From: Desulfurococcales archaeon
Lineage (GTDB): Archaea; Thermoproteota; Thermoprotei_A; Sulfolobales; NBVN01
Direction of reading: 5' to 3'
DNA length: 64,000 nt
Assembly (NCBI GenBank): GCA_015523295.1
Contig: WAKQ01000011.1
Location: forward strand, 934 to 64,933
A model generated the notes under the pieces. It did not search any database and was not told the DNA's origin. It worked only from the letters and a program-made list of their open reading frames with translations. Shown here one piece after another: positions 19,654 through 28,264 of the stretch. How positions within the stretch are numbered: the stretch's first letter is position 1; each line of letters begins with the position of its first letter. The position numbers and the translations under genes are program-made.

Positions 19654-20125
19654 AATTATTGAGATAACCTTTTTGGTAGTATTAGCGAGCCTCATACTTC
19701 TCACTGCTTACCAACATTATATCCTCATGAAATTAAGGAAGAGGTTCGATATTCTAGTAAGTGCACTCAATAGTAGGACTTTGAAATCATATGTTAAGAC
19801 TGTGGAGGCAAGGCAAAAGAAGAAGGTTGTGAAGCGGTACTTAGTCGTTAAAGCTCTTAATGGTAAACTAGATGGAAGAAGGCTTAATGCCTTCATCAGG
19901 AAGGCAGTTGCTTCTCTATATGGGGCAGCGACAGTTAGTTTAGCAGATCCTAAGGTACTTTATGTTAATGAAGATCGTGGCAAGTACGTGGTGAGGTTTA
20001 GAAGTCCTTATAGGTGGAAATTATTGGTAGCTCTTGGGCTTCTGCAGAAGACAAAAGGCATTATCATAGTGCCTGTTAAAATAACAGGGACGTTAGATAA
20101 AGCAAGGAGATTAGCCGATGAGTGA
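19643..20125 (+). CDS. rnp2: RNase P protein component 2 (Pop5-like); an alternative start is TTG 19781
   Basis: The core KKKVVKRYLVVKAL...YVVRFRSPYRWKLLVAL...VPVKITGTLDKARR fits the Pop5 pattern (KKRY-hydrophobic start). The first 46 aa of the ORF-track model are a hydrophobic extension not expected in Pop5. Confidence 0.55.
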   Translation: MSYEIIEITFLVVLASLILLTAYQHYILMKLRKRFDILVSALNSRTLKSYVKTVEARQKKKVVKRYLVVKALNGKLDGRRLNAFIRKAVASLYGAATVSLADPKVLYVNEDRGKYVVRFRSPYRWKLLVALGLLQKTKGIIIVPVKITGTLDKARRLADE

Positions 20126-20128
20126 GAG

Positions 20129-20182
20129 TCAGATCGTCGCGAGACCTTCATCCCTTTAATCATTATGGAGCGGCGTCATCAT
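20129..20182 (-). ncRNA. C/D-box sRNA candidate (weaker)
   Basis: The minus strand reads ATGATGA-cgccgctccata(12)-ATGA-ttaaagg-GATGAAG-gtctcgcgacgat(13)-CTGA. The C and D boxes are canonical. The D' and C' boxes are degenerate. Confidence 0.4.
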
Positions 20183-20217
20183 CCTCAACTCAACAGTTTT
20201 ATTCTAAGTAGCAAAGG

Positions 20218-20224
20218 TTTTTAA
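20218..20224 (+). promoter_or_regulatory. TATA-box candidate for the plus-strand C/D sRNA
   Basis: TTTTTAA lies 22-28 nt upstream of the proposed sRNA 5' end (20246). Confidence 0.35.
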
Positions 20225-20245
20225 GCTGATGCCCCTAAAAGGGCT

Positions 20246-20302
20246 GGCTATGATGTCACCGCTAGTGGCTGAGATAGTGATGTATGGGACCCTCACTGAG
20301 CC
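20246..20302 (+). ncRNA. C/D-box sRNA (strong candidate)
   Basis: The plus strand reads GGCt-ATGATGT-caccgctagtgg(12)-CTGA-gatag-TGATGT-atgggaccctca(12)-CTGA-GCC. All four boxes are present and both guides are exactly 12 nt. A 3-bp terminal stem GGC/GCC closes the RNA. U7 of box C is compensated by the A preceding box D. Confidence 0.7.
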
Positions 20303-21468
20303 GTAAGGTGGATTCCTTGAGGAAGGGAACTCTTGTCAAGGTGTTGGCAGCCGTCCTCTTTGAAGTAGTGGAACATAGAGTGTCCATTGAGGTTGCCTTT
20401 AAGAGGGCATGTAAAGGGAGATGTGCTAAATCATTGGAGGAGCGGGAAGGCCTTTACGAAATGGCTAGGAAGCTCGTGTCTGATTATATTAAGATTATAT
20501 GCGCTACAGGACTGAAAAGACCTTATAGCAGGATAGTCCGATCCTGGTTAAAGGGGGTTGAAGAAAGCCACTTGCCTGAGTGGTGCCGTCTCTCCTACCC
20601 TAAGTGGTTTTACTTTAAGCTTCTTAATCTACTTGGAGATGTTGAGACTAGAGAACTCCTTAAGGCGATGAATGAGAGGATTTACTGGCTCAGAATAAAC
20701 ACCTTAAAGAGCTCCCCCGAGGAAGTCCTTAAAGAGCTTGACGAGGAAGGGGTAGATTACGTAGTCGATAGAGACATATATTACATGGTGAGAGTTAAAA
20801 ACTCCCCTAAGCCCGTGAGGTTATTGAAACCTGTAAAGGAATTTAAGGCGATCCCTCAGGATAAAGCCTCAGCTGCTGTAATTGAGGCTCTAAAGCCCGA
20901 GAAAGGAGATACCATTATAGACATGTCATTTGCACCGGGCATGAAAACTTCACTCATAGAAATGATCACTGAAAATGGAGCCAAAGTCGTAGCTGTAGAC
21001 CTTAGCTATCGAAGGGCAATAATGGGTCATTACCTTCTAAGAAGATTAGGTGTAGATATGAGTAAGGTGTGGATAATCTCAGCTGACGCAGCCGACCTAC
21101 TCTTCAGATCCAAGTTTGACAAGGTGCTCCTTGACGCCCCATGTAGCAATAGCGGGGCAATAGGTAAGGATCCGGGGCTTAAGACAACTATAACCGAGGG
21201 GAAAATCAGCCGCTACTCTTCTATACAAAAGCGACTGTTAGAAAAGGCTCTTTCACTAGGAGATGAAGTTGTGTATTCTACATGCTCACTAATGCCGGAA
21301 GAAGGGGAACTTGTGTTGGAGTCTTTTGTGAGGAACGTTGATCTCATTAGGGCAATTCCATGGGCCTCCAACGGCTATGAAATAGTTGATTTCAATGAAG
21401 ACGTTATGAGGCTCTTCCCTCATCGGCATTTAACCGAGGGGTTCTTCATTGCTAAACTGAGATCATGA
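20284..21468 (+). CDS. NOL1/NOP2/Sun-family RNA m5C methyltransferase (RsmB-like, with N-terminal helical domain); the start is possibly GTG 20308
   Basis: DMSFAPGMKT (SAM), DAPCSNSGAIG (motif IV) and STCSLMPEE (motif VI). The ATG at 20284 lies inside the D guide of the C/D sRNA candidate. Confidence 0.85.
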   Translation: MGPSLSRKVDSLRKGTLVKVLAAVLFEVVEHRVSIEVAFKRACKGRCAKSLEEREGLYEMARKLVSDYIKIICATGLKRPYSRIVRSWLKGVEESHLPEWCRLSYPKWFYFKLLNLLGDVETRELLKAMNERIYWLRINTLKSSPEEVLKELDEEGVDYVVDRDIYYMVRVKNSPKPVRLLKPVKEFKAIPQDKASAAVIEALKPEKGDTIIDMSFAPGMKTSLIEMITENGAKVVAVDLSYRRAIMGHYLLRRLGVDMSKVWIISADAADLLFRSKFDKVLLDAPCSNSGAIGKDPGLKTTITEGKISRYSSIQKRLLEKALSLGDEVVYSTCSLMPEEGELVLESFVRNVDLIRAIPWASNGYEIVDFNEDVMRLFPHRHLTEGFFIAKLRS

Positions 21469-21571
21469 TAAGCAATCTCCTGTCCTTCTGGAAGTTGGAA
21501 GCTATGTGAATGGGCTGTAGAGTAATACTCATATTTATAGCTTTCAGTGGTTAATTAATGAAGGGATAACC

Positions 21572-22012
21572 TTGTCGGGTACTACTGTTTTAGTTCAGAG
21601 ACATAAAAACTTACCACGAAAATATAGGGTCATAGTGTCGAAGCTAGGTTTAGATGGTCATGATAGAGGTGCTAAAGTTGTTGCGAGGGCTCTAAGAGAT
21701 GCGGGTTTTGAGGTTATTTACTTGGGTGTGCATCAAGCTCCTGAAGACGTGGTTGAGGCTGCCATCGAGGAAGACGTGGATGTTATAGGCGTTTCCATTC
21801 TCTCAGGCTCACACCTCGAGTTAGTCACTGACCTAATTAGAATTATGAAGGAAAAAGGTATGAATACCCCGGTTATTGTCGGTGGGATTATCCCCGATGA
21901 TGATGCAAAGGAGTTGAAGAAGAGGGGGGTCTTTGAAGTGCTGGGGCCTGGAGCTTCCTTAAAGGAAGTAGTAGAAGCCTATAGAAAGGCTGCAGAGGCG
22001 AGGCGGCAATGA
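21572..22012 (+). CDS. Methylmalonyl-CoA mutase, small B12-binding subunit
   Basis: The cobalamin-binding DxHxxG motif is in KLGLDGHDRGAKVVARAL. SILSGSH and VIVGGIIP are also present. Confidence 0.85.
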   Translation: MSGTTVLVQRHKNLPRKYRVIVSKLGLDGHDRGAKVVARALRDAGFEVIYLGVHQAPEDVVEAAIEEDVDVIGVSILSGSHLELVTDLIRIMKEKGMNTPVIVGGIIPDDDAKELKKRGVFEVLGPGASLKEVVEAYRKAAEARRQ

Positions 22013-22416
22013 AGATTAATCATATAGGCGTTGCAGTAGCTAATCTAGAGGACGCTCTTAAGTTCTATAAAGACGTACTTGGCCTTGAACTTATCGGTAA
22101 GGAGGAGGTCCCCGAGGAAAGGGTTAAGGTGGCGATGCTTAGAGCAGGCCCTGCGAGGATCGAGTTGCTGGAAGCTCTTGACAGCGAGTCACCGATTGCC
22201 AAGTTTATTGCTAAGAGGGGTGAGGGGATTCACCACATAGCCCTTGAAGTTGATGATATTGATGAAGTTAATGAACGACTTAGAGGCATGGGCGTCCAAC
22301 TTGTTTATGATAAGCCTAGAATAGTGAGTAACGGCTCGAGGAAAGTGCAATTCATACATCCCAAGTCTGCCCGCGGCGTCCTCATAGAATTGGTGGAGGA
22401 GTTAAGGAATGAGTGA
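22009..22416 (+). CDS. mce: Methylmalonyl-CoA epimerase (VOC/glyoxalase fold)
   Basis: INHIGVAVANLEDALKFY and GEGIHHIALEVDD are present. It is embedded between the two mutase subunit genes with overlapping stops and starts. Confidence 0.85.
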   Translation: MKINHIGVAVANLEDALKFYKDVLGLELIGKEEVPEERVKVAMLRAGPARIELLEALDSESPIAKFIAKRGEGIHHIALEVDDIDEVNERLRGMGVQLVYDKPRIVSNGSRKVQFIHPKSARGVLIELVEELRNE

Positions 22417-24094
22417 CTTGGAAAAGATTAAGTTGAGGATGAAGGAGTGGGAAGAAGAGGTTCTCAAGCCTGTGTTGAAAAAGTTTCCTGAGATCAAGGA
22501 GGAGTTCCTTACAGAGGAAGGACTTAAGGTGGACAGAGTTTACACGCCTTTGCATACTGAAGGACGAGGTTGGGATTATCTCAATAGCCTAGGATTTCCT
22601 GGTGAATATCCTTTCACTAGAGGGCCTTACCCCACCATGTACCGTGGTAAACCATGGACCATAAGACAGTATGCCGGGTATGGATCTGCTGAAGACACTA
22701 ATACGAGATATAAGTACCTCCTCAGCATAGGCCAGACAGGGCTGAGTATGGCTTTTGATTTACCTACGCAGTTGGGGCTTGACCCAGACCATAAGCTTGC
22801 CTGGTATGAGGTAGGGAAGGTTGGCGTTTCTATGCCCTCAGTGAGAGAAATGGAGATAGTCTTTCAAGGCATACCCATGGATAAAATCTCCACCTCAATG
22901 ACTATCAACGCTACAGCCATTGAAGTCCTCTCAATGTATGTAGCAGTAGCTGAATCTAGAGGCATTGATAAAGCGATCTTAAGGGGGACTGTTCAGAATG
23001 ATATACTGAAAGAGTATATAGCAAGAAATAATTATATATACCCTCCTGCCCCCTCAATGAGGTATGCTACCGACTTGATCATTTACGCTGCCAAGAACAT
23101 GCCTAAATGGAACTCCATCAGCATCTCTGGTTATCACTTCGAGGAGGCAGGCGCTACACCAGCCATGGAAATAGGCTTCACATTGGCTGACGCCATAGAA
23201 TACGTTAAGCATGTTCTGGATCGTAAGATCGTTAATGTAGATTCATTCGCTAGGCGTCTCTCATTCTTCTTCGCGGCTAGGACTAACATACTGGAGCAGA
23301 TAGCGAAGTTTAGGGCAGCTAGAAGGATGTGGGCCAAAATAATGAAAGAGAGGTTCAACGCCAAGGACCCCAGATCTATGATGCTAAGATTCCATACCCA
23401 GACAGCAGGGGTTCTGCTGACAGCTCAACAGCCCCTGGTAAATCTGATAAGGACGACACTCCAAGCACTTGCAGCAGTATTAGGAGGGACGCAATCCCTG
23501 CACGTAAATTCATATGATGAGGCCTTATCGCTACCCACGGAGGAATCCGTTAAGCTTTCAGTAAGGGTTCAGCAGGTGCTCCTCTACGAATCCGGCATAA
23601 TAGACACCATAGATCCCTTAGGAGGTGCGTATTACATTGAGTGGCTTACAGACATGATCGAGGATAGAGCTTGGAAAATCATTGATGAAATAGACAGAAT
23701 GGGCGGCATGATTAAAGCGATAGAGAATGGTTATCCCCAAAGGGAAATAGCCCGCGCTGCTTATGAATGGCAAGTAAAAGTTGATAGGGGGGAGATACCT
23801 ATAATAGGTGTAAATAAGTTCGTTGAGGAAGGCGAGCAGACCAAGGTAAAGATACTTAAAGTAGATCCGAAAGTCCGCGAAAGAGTTATCTCCCGTCTTA
23901 ACGCCTTGAAGGCTGAGAGAGATTACCATAGGGTTAGAAGCCTTTTAGAGAGGGTGAAGAAAGCTGCTGAAAAAGAAGATGAAAACATCTTCCCCTATAT
24001 CCTAGACGCTATAAAGGGTAAGGTAACCTTAGGAGAGATTTCTGCTGCACTGAGAGAGGTTTGGGGTGAGTGGAGGGCACCAGAGGTCTACTGA
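22409..24094 (+). CDS. Methylmalonyl-CoA mutase, large catalytic subunit
   Basis: FPGEYPFTRGPYPTMYRGKPWTIRQYAGYG and TGLSMAFDLPTQLG are present. The protein is 561 aa. Confidence 0.9.
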   Translation: MSDLEKIKLRMKEWEEEVLKPVLKKFPEIKEEFLTEEGLKVDRVYTPLHTEGRGWDYLNSLGFPGEYPFTRGPYPTMYRGKPWTIRQYAGYGSAEDTNTRYKYLLSIGQTGLSMAFDLPTQLGLDPDHKLAWYEVGKVGVSMPSVREMEIVFQGIPMDKISTSMTINATAIEVLSMYVAVAESRGIDKAILRGTVQNDILKEYIARNNYIYPPAPSMRYATDLIIYAAKNMPKWNSISISGYHFEEAGATPAMEIGFTLADAIEYVKHVLDRKIVNVDSFARRLSFFFAARTNILEQIAKFRAARRMWAKIMKERFNAKDPRSMMLRFHTQTAGVLLTAQQPLVNLIRTTLQALAAVLGGTQSLHVNSYDEALSLPTEESVKLSVRVQQVLLYESGIIDTIDPLGGAYYIEWLTDMIEDRAWKIIDEIDRMGGMIKAIENGYPQREIARAAYEWQVKVDRGEIPIIGVNKFVEEGEQTKVKILKVDPKVRERVISRLNALKAERDYHRVRSLLERVKKAAEKEDENIFPYILDAIKGKVTLGEISAALREVWGEWRAPEVY

Positions 24095-24570
24095 ACGCTC
24101 CTGGTTGTCTTCTTTGTATTCAGGGCTATGAATATGGCAATCCCGCTGCTTTCATCCCTGAGCATATCAACTATCTCTCTCTTAATATCTGCTGCAGCCT
24201 TATCAGCATTGATCATTGCTGTATTTGACGACTGATAAGCAGATTTCCTCACAATTATCTTTCTATCATCAGAGTAACTCAGGTGCTCTCCCCCTTTGCC
24301 TTTAATGAAATCCACCGCCCCATCAACTATTAACGCTATTATGATGATTGTCTCATTATTGCGGGCAAACTCTTTAAAACATTCACTGAAGTCTTTAAGG
24401 GCTTTATCAGCTAATACACCTACGATGCAATCCCCTCTAATGGTAAGGTAGGGCTCTTTCGTTATCTCAAGGGTTGATCTATGTGTAGCCCTTACATTTT
24501 TATGGCCTTTAAACCTTACAACTTCTATCGCGTATATATCGCCGCAAATGCTGCCATCGTAGACCGCCAA
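24088..24570 (-). CDS. DUF371-domain protein
   Basis: HKNVRATHRSTLEITKEPYLTIRGDCIVGV matches my memory of the DUF371 (COG2090) core. Confidence 0.5.
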   Translation of the reverse strand: MAVYDGSICGDIYAIEVVRFKGHKNVRATHRSTLEITKEPYLTIRGDCIVGVLADKALKDFSECFKEFARNNETIIIIALIVDGAVDFIKGKGGEHLSYSDDRKIIVRKSAYQSSNTAMINADKAAADIKREIVDMLRDESSGIAIFIALNTKKTTRSVQ

Positions 24571-24607
24571 GATATTACCCTCTTTAGCAAGTTGTTTTCA
24601 GATAATT

Positions 24608-25264
24608 ATGAGTTATACCGAGCTAAGAATAAGGCTAGTTAATGAGTTGGTGAGGGAGGGTATTCTTAGAACTCCAGAGATTATTGATGCGTTTAGGAAG
24701 GTGCCTAGGGAATTATTCGTTGACGAGAGTTATAGGGATCTAGCGTATGTTGACTCACCGCTCCCAATAGGTTTCGGTCAAACTATAAGCGCTCCTCACA
24801 TGATAGCTTTAATGATGGAAGAGCTGAGGCCGGCGAGAGGAGATAAAGTCCTTGAAGTGGGGACTGGAAGTGGATATCAAACGGCTTTGCTTGCGGAGGT
24901 GGTGAAACCTGAGGGCCATGTCTATAGCATTGAAATAATCCCAGAGCTCGCGGAGCGGGCACAAAGAAGGATAGCAGAGGCCGGTTACTCAAATTATGTA
25001 ACTATAAGTGTAGGTGACGGAAGCAAAGGCTTAAGCGCTCATGCTCCATACAACAAGATTATTGTCTCTGCAGCCTCGCCAAGGATACCTGAACCTCTAA
25101 TTCAGCAGCTTGAACCCGGGGGGAGAATGGTTATACCTGTAGGCCCTCCTCACATGCAAGTATTGAAAGTTGTAATTAAGGAAGAAGATGGGATGGTAAG
25201 GGTAAGGGATTCTGTAGCATGTGTCTTCGTGCCTTTAAGGGGCAAGTATGGATGGCGGGTTTAA
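24608..25264 (+). CDS. pcm: Protein-L-isoaspartate O-methyltransferase
   Basis: QTISAPHMIALMME and VLEVGTGSGYQTALLAE are PIMT pre-region and motif I. Confidence 0.9.
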   Translation: MSYTELRIRLVNELVREGILRTPEIIDAFRKVPRELFVDESYRDLAYVDSPLPIGFGQTISAPHMIALMMEELRPARGDKVLEVGTGSGYQTALLAEVVKPEGHVYSIEIIPELAERAQRRIAEAGYSNYVTISVGDGSKGLSAHAPYNKIIVSAASPRIPEPLIQQLEPGGRMVIPVGPPHMQVLKVVIKEEDGMVRVRDSVACVFVPLRGKYGWRV

Positions 25265-25306
25265 AGCTTTTAATACTTGTTGCTTTAACCTAAAGCAGGT
25301 GGTCGG

Positions 25307-25960
25307 ATGCCTGAGTTCAAGCTAGTAGTGAGTGACCCAGAGGCCGGTAATGCTAAGCCTATACCAGTCATTGTTGAGGGGAGCGATGAGCTGGAGTATG
25401 GCGAGGAACATAAGGAAGGGAGGAAAACGATCGAAGTTAAAGTTAATGGGAGGACACTTGAACTGATTAAGGCTCCCTACGGTTTTGCAACGCTTAGATT
25501 ATTTAAGGAGGGAGCCGAGAATCAGAAAATCAACGTGACGGTCAAAGTGGTGAAGGATGATAACGTCCCTGAGCTCGTCGTGCAGGCACCTGTAGCTTTT
25601 CTAGAGGATAAAATCGGTCAAGATAAAGCATTTGGTGAAATAGTAAGGGCTAAGGCCTTTCAAATCACTGTATCTGGTAATAAGGCCTCGCTCTTCCTAG
25701 ATAAGAAGATAGGCGACGTCGTGGATGCATCGCCTTTAGGCTTTTCAGGGAGGAAATTACTCATCACCGGAGGCTCTGATAACACGGGGTTCCCCATGTT
25801 GAAGACCTTGCCGGGAGGGGGGAAGAAGAAACTGCTTCTATCCTCACCGCCGGGCTTCCACCCTAGGGTGAAGGGTGAGAGGAGGAGGAAATTCGTAAGA
25901 GGGAACATGATAACAGATGAAATAGTGCAGATAAATACGAAACTAATCATTCAGGAGTGA
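25307..25960 (+). CDS. rps6e: 30S ribosomal protein S6e
   Basis: The N-terminus PEFKLVVSDPE and the block ITGGSDNTGFPM...GGGKKKLLLS...RRRKFVRGN are typical of S6e. Confidence 0.85.
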   Translation: MPEFKLVVSDPEAGNAKPIPVIVEGSDELEYGEEHKEGRKTIEVKVNGRTLELIKAPYGFATLRLFKEGAENQKINVTVKVVKDDNVPELVVQAPVAFLEDKIGQDKAFGEIVRAKAFQITVSGNKASLFLDKKIGDVVDASPLGFSGRKLLITGGSDNTGFPMLKTLPGGGKKKLLLSSPPGFHPRVKGERRRKFVRGNMITDEIVQINTKLIIQE

Positions 25961-25995
25961 TTAATGCCCCTTCTACCTTTAAACAGCCATTTATT

Positions 25996-26427
25996 TTAGA
26001 TTATGAGAATGTCAGCCTCTATGAGGGGCTCTTTAACTCCATCACACTCTATCTTATCATATACCTTAACGACCTTGACTTTTGCCTTACTTGGGAGTAA
26101 CTCAGGTGAGCACTTCTTACGATTATTGCAGGAGGGGCTGCACTTAGGCTTCACATAGTTAAAGGTCAGTCCTTCAACAGCATATTTCTTCGGTATGGCG
26201 GCCCTTACAGGTATCTCTTCGACTTCAACGGTAACTACCCATCCGTTTATGGGACAGGGATTCCGTATGCCTAATACCTTAGTAACTCGGTACACGTGTC
26301 CTTTCTTCAACTTATCGATACACACTTTTCTGAATCTGCAGGTTTCACATTCCTTTCCCCCACCTCTATGAAGGAATGTGTAGCCCTCTCTCGCAGCTAT
26401 ATAGCTGACAAGGGTTATTATCCCCAT
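25996..26427 (-). CDS. UPF0179-family protein (Cys-rich, conserved archaeal)
   Basis: ITLVSYIAAREGYTFLH.GG.KECETCRFRKVCIDKLKKGHVYRV fits the UPF0179 (COG1860) pattern from memory. Confidence 0.5.
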   Translation of the reverse strand: MGIITLVSYIAAREGYTFLHRGGGKECETCRFRKVCIDKLKKGHVYRVTKVLGIRNPCPINGWVVTVEVEEIPVRAAIPKKYAVEGLTFNYVKPKCSPSCNNRKKCSPELLPSKAKVKVVKVYDKIECDGVKEPLIEADILII

Positions 26428-26498
26428 GCCTCATCATGATTTCATCTGTTCCAACCTTAAAATGCAGTAATTACTTTAAGGTCTAACCGTGGAGGGTT

Positions 26499-27626
26499 TC
26501 AGGGGATAACCCCAGTATGCCTTGCAAGTCTTTCAGCTGCCTCACGGGTAAGCCCTGACTCTCCCAGAATCGTGTACCTTTCAGGACGTATTTTATGGGC
26601 TATTGTTAACGCCTCAACAATGGCGTCGTCTGAAACGCCCAGTTCCTTAGCTGTTGTGGGGAGTCCCATAACCTGTAATCTCCTTCTGAGTTTCCGCCAG
26701 TCCTTACCATGAAGGTACGACATCATTATAGACCCTAAAGCGACTTCCTCACCGTGTAAGGCAGGGTAATTCGCGATCATGTCCAAAGCATGGCTGAAGA
26801 GATGCTCGGAACCGCTTGCTGGCCTGGTAGAGCCGGCTATGCACATCGCGACAGATGCGCTTACGAGGCCCTCCATAACGACCCGGCTAGCTTCCGGGCT
26901 CCCCCCAGCTATTAGATTGCTTGCCGACATCACATGCTTTGCTGAGAGGAGCGAGAGGGATGCAGCGTAGGCCCCATAATATTCACCCTTAAGTCTATGG
27001 GCTAATCTCCAGTCCAGAACAGCAGTGAATTTGCCTACTAGGTCGCCGGCTCCAGCCCTCAGCAAGCGGAGAGGCGCTTTAGATATCACGGTTAGATCAG
27101 CGACTATCGCTATCGGGGGTTGAGCTTTTACCGATGTGACCCGTCCTGTCCCCCTCAAGGACACGAAGGGTGAGGCTATTCCGTCGTGTGATGCCGCAGT
27201 GGGTGCACTAATGAAAGGGATTTTCAGTTCATATGAAACGTATTTCGCAGCATCTATGGATTTCCCTCCCCCAACACCGACCACTATGTCAGCATGGGTA
27301 GCTCCCACTTCCTCAACAACTTCTTTAACGTCATCTATTTGGGAAGACCTGACTACGCTCACCTCGTAGTCAAGGTCTCCACTCCAGTAAGAGCTCAGCA
27401 TCTTTGAAACTATCGCTTCCTTGACGTGGGGGCCGGTGACTATATGCACCTTCCTGAAGCTGCCTAAGCTAGTAATGATTTCAGGCAATTTCTCCAAGAG
27501 ACTCGAACCTATCACCACCTTCTTAGGCAGTTCTATGATGTGAGGATCCTTGTTCAAAGCGTTTCCTCCACTTGATACATCCATAACCTTTATTTTAGTA
27601 CTTAAGCCTTTTACTCCTGAACTCAA
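26499..27626 (-). CDS. egsA: sn-Glycerol-1-phosphate dehydrogenase
   Basis: Fe-ADH/DHQS-like fold with GVGGGKSIDAAKY, DLVGKF and HGEEVALG. The size fits archaeal EgsA if the start is ATG 27584 (MDVSSGG). That start would also leave 62 bp for divergent promoters shared with psmB. Confidence 0.8.
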   Translation of the reverse strand: MSSGVKGLSTKIKVMDVSSGGNALNKDPHIIELPKKVVIGSSLLEKLPEIITSLGSFRKVHIVTGPHVKEAIVSKMLSSYWSGDLDYEVSVVRSSQIDDVKEVVEEVGATHADIVVGVGGGKSIDAAKYVSYELKIPFISAPTAASHDGIASPFVSLRGTGRVTSVKAQPPIAIVADLTVISKAPLRLLRAGAGDLVGKFTAVLDWRLAHRLKGEYYGAYAASLSLLSAKHVMSASNLIAGGSPEASRVVMEGLVSASVAMCIAGSTRPASGSEHLFSHALDMIANYPALHGEEVALGSIMMSYLHGKDWRKLRRRLQVMGLPTTAKELGVSDDAIVEALTIAHKIRPERYTILGESGLTREAAERLARHTGVIP

Positions 27627-27646
27627 TTTTAGTGTAGTGATGAGAT

Positions 27647-28249
27647 ATGGAGAGAGCTAGGGTTATCCATGGCACCACCACTGTAGGTTTGAAGACTAAA
27701 GAGGCGGTCATCCTTGCTGCAGATAAGAGAGCTAGTCAAGGCTACTTCGTAGCTCACAAGAAAGTTAAGAAAATAGTTAAGATAGATGATCATATCGCAC
27801 TCACTACGGCGGGACTTGTAGCTGATGCGCAAATGCTTGCATCTCACCTCAGTATAATGGCAAGGAAGCATAAACTAGAGTACGGTGTTCCGATCAGTGT
27901 GAGGTCCCTAGCCTCATATCTTGCACTCATCCTAAACGCTAACAAATACTTCCCATATGAGGTGCAGCTCCTTCTAGGGGGCTATGATGATGAACCCAGG
28001 CTTTTCGCCTTCACTTGGTTCGGAGACTTCTTTGAGGAAAACTATACGGTGACCGGCTCAGGTAGCCCTGTAGCAGCTGGGGTGCTTGAAGAAGGGTACA
28101 GCGAGTCCCTAACCACTGACGAAGCAGTAAAACTTGCGGTTGCTGCTGTGAGGTCAGCTATAAAAAGGGATGTTTTCACAGGTGAGGCAATCGACGTGGC
28201 TATTATCTCTAAAGAGGGAGTCAGAATGCTCTCATTCCCTAAAGAGTAA
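27647..28249 (+). CDS. psmB: Proteasome beta subunit
   Basis: A short propeptide is followed by TTTVGLKTKEAVILAADKRAS (Thr1 nucleophile context). Confidence 0.9.
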   Translation: MERARVIHGTTTVGLKTKEAVILAADKRASQGYFVAHKKVKKIVKIDDHIALTTAGLVADAQMLASHLSIMARKHKLEYGVPISVRSLASYLALILNANKYFPYEVQLLLGGYDDEPRLFAFTWFGDFFEENYTVTGSGSPVAAGVLEEGYSESLTTDEAVKLAVAAVRSAIKRDVFTGEAIDVAIISKEGVRMLSFPKE

Positions 28250-28264
28250 GGGGTAGTTTAAGGT

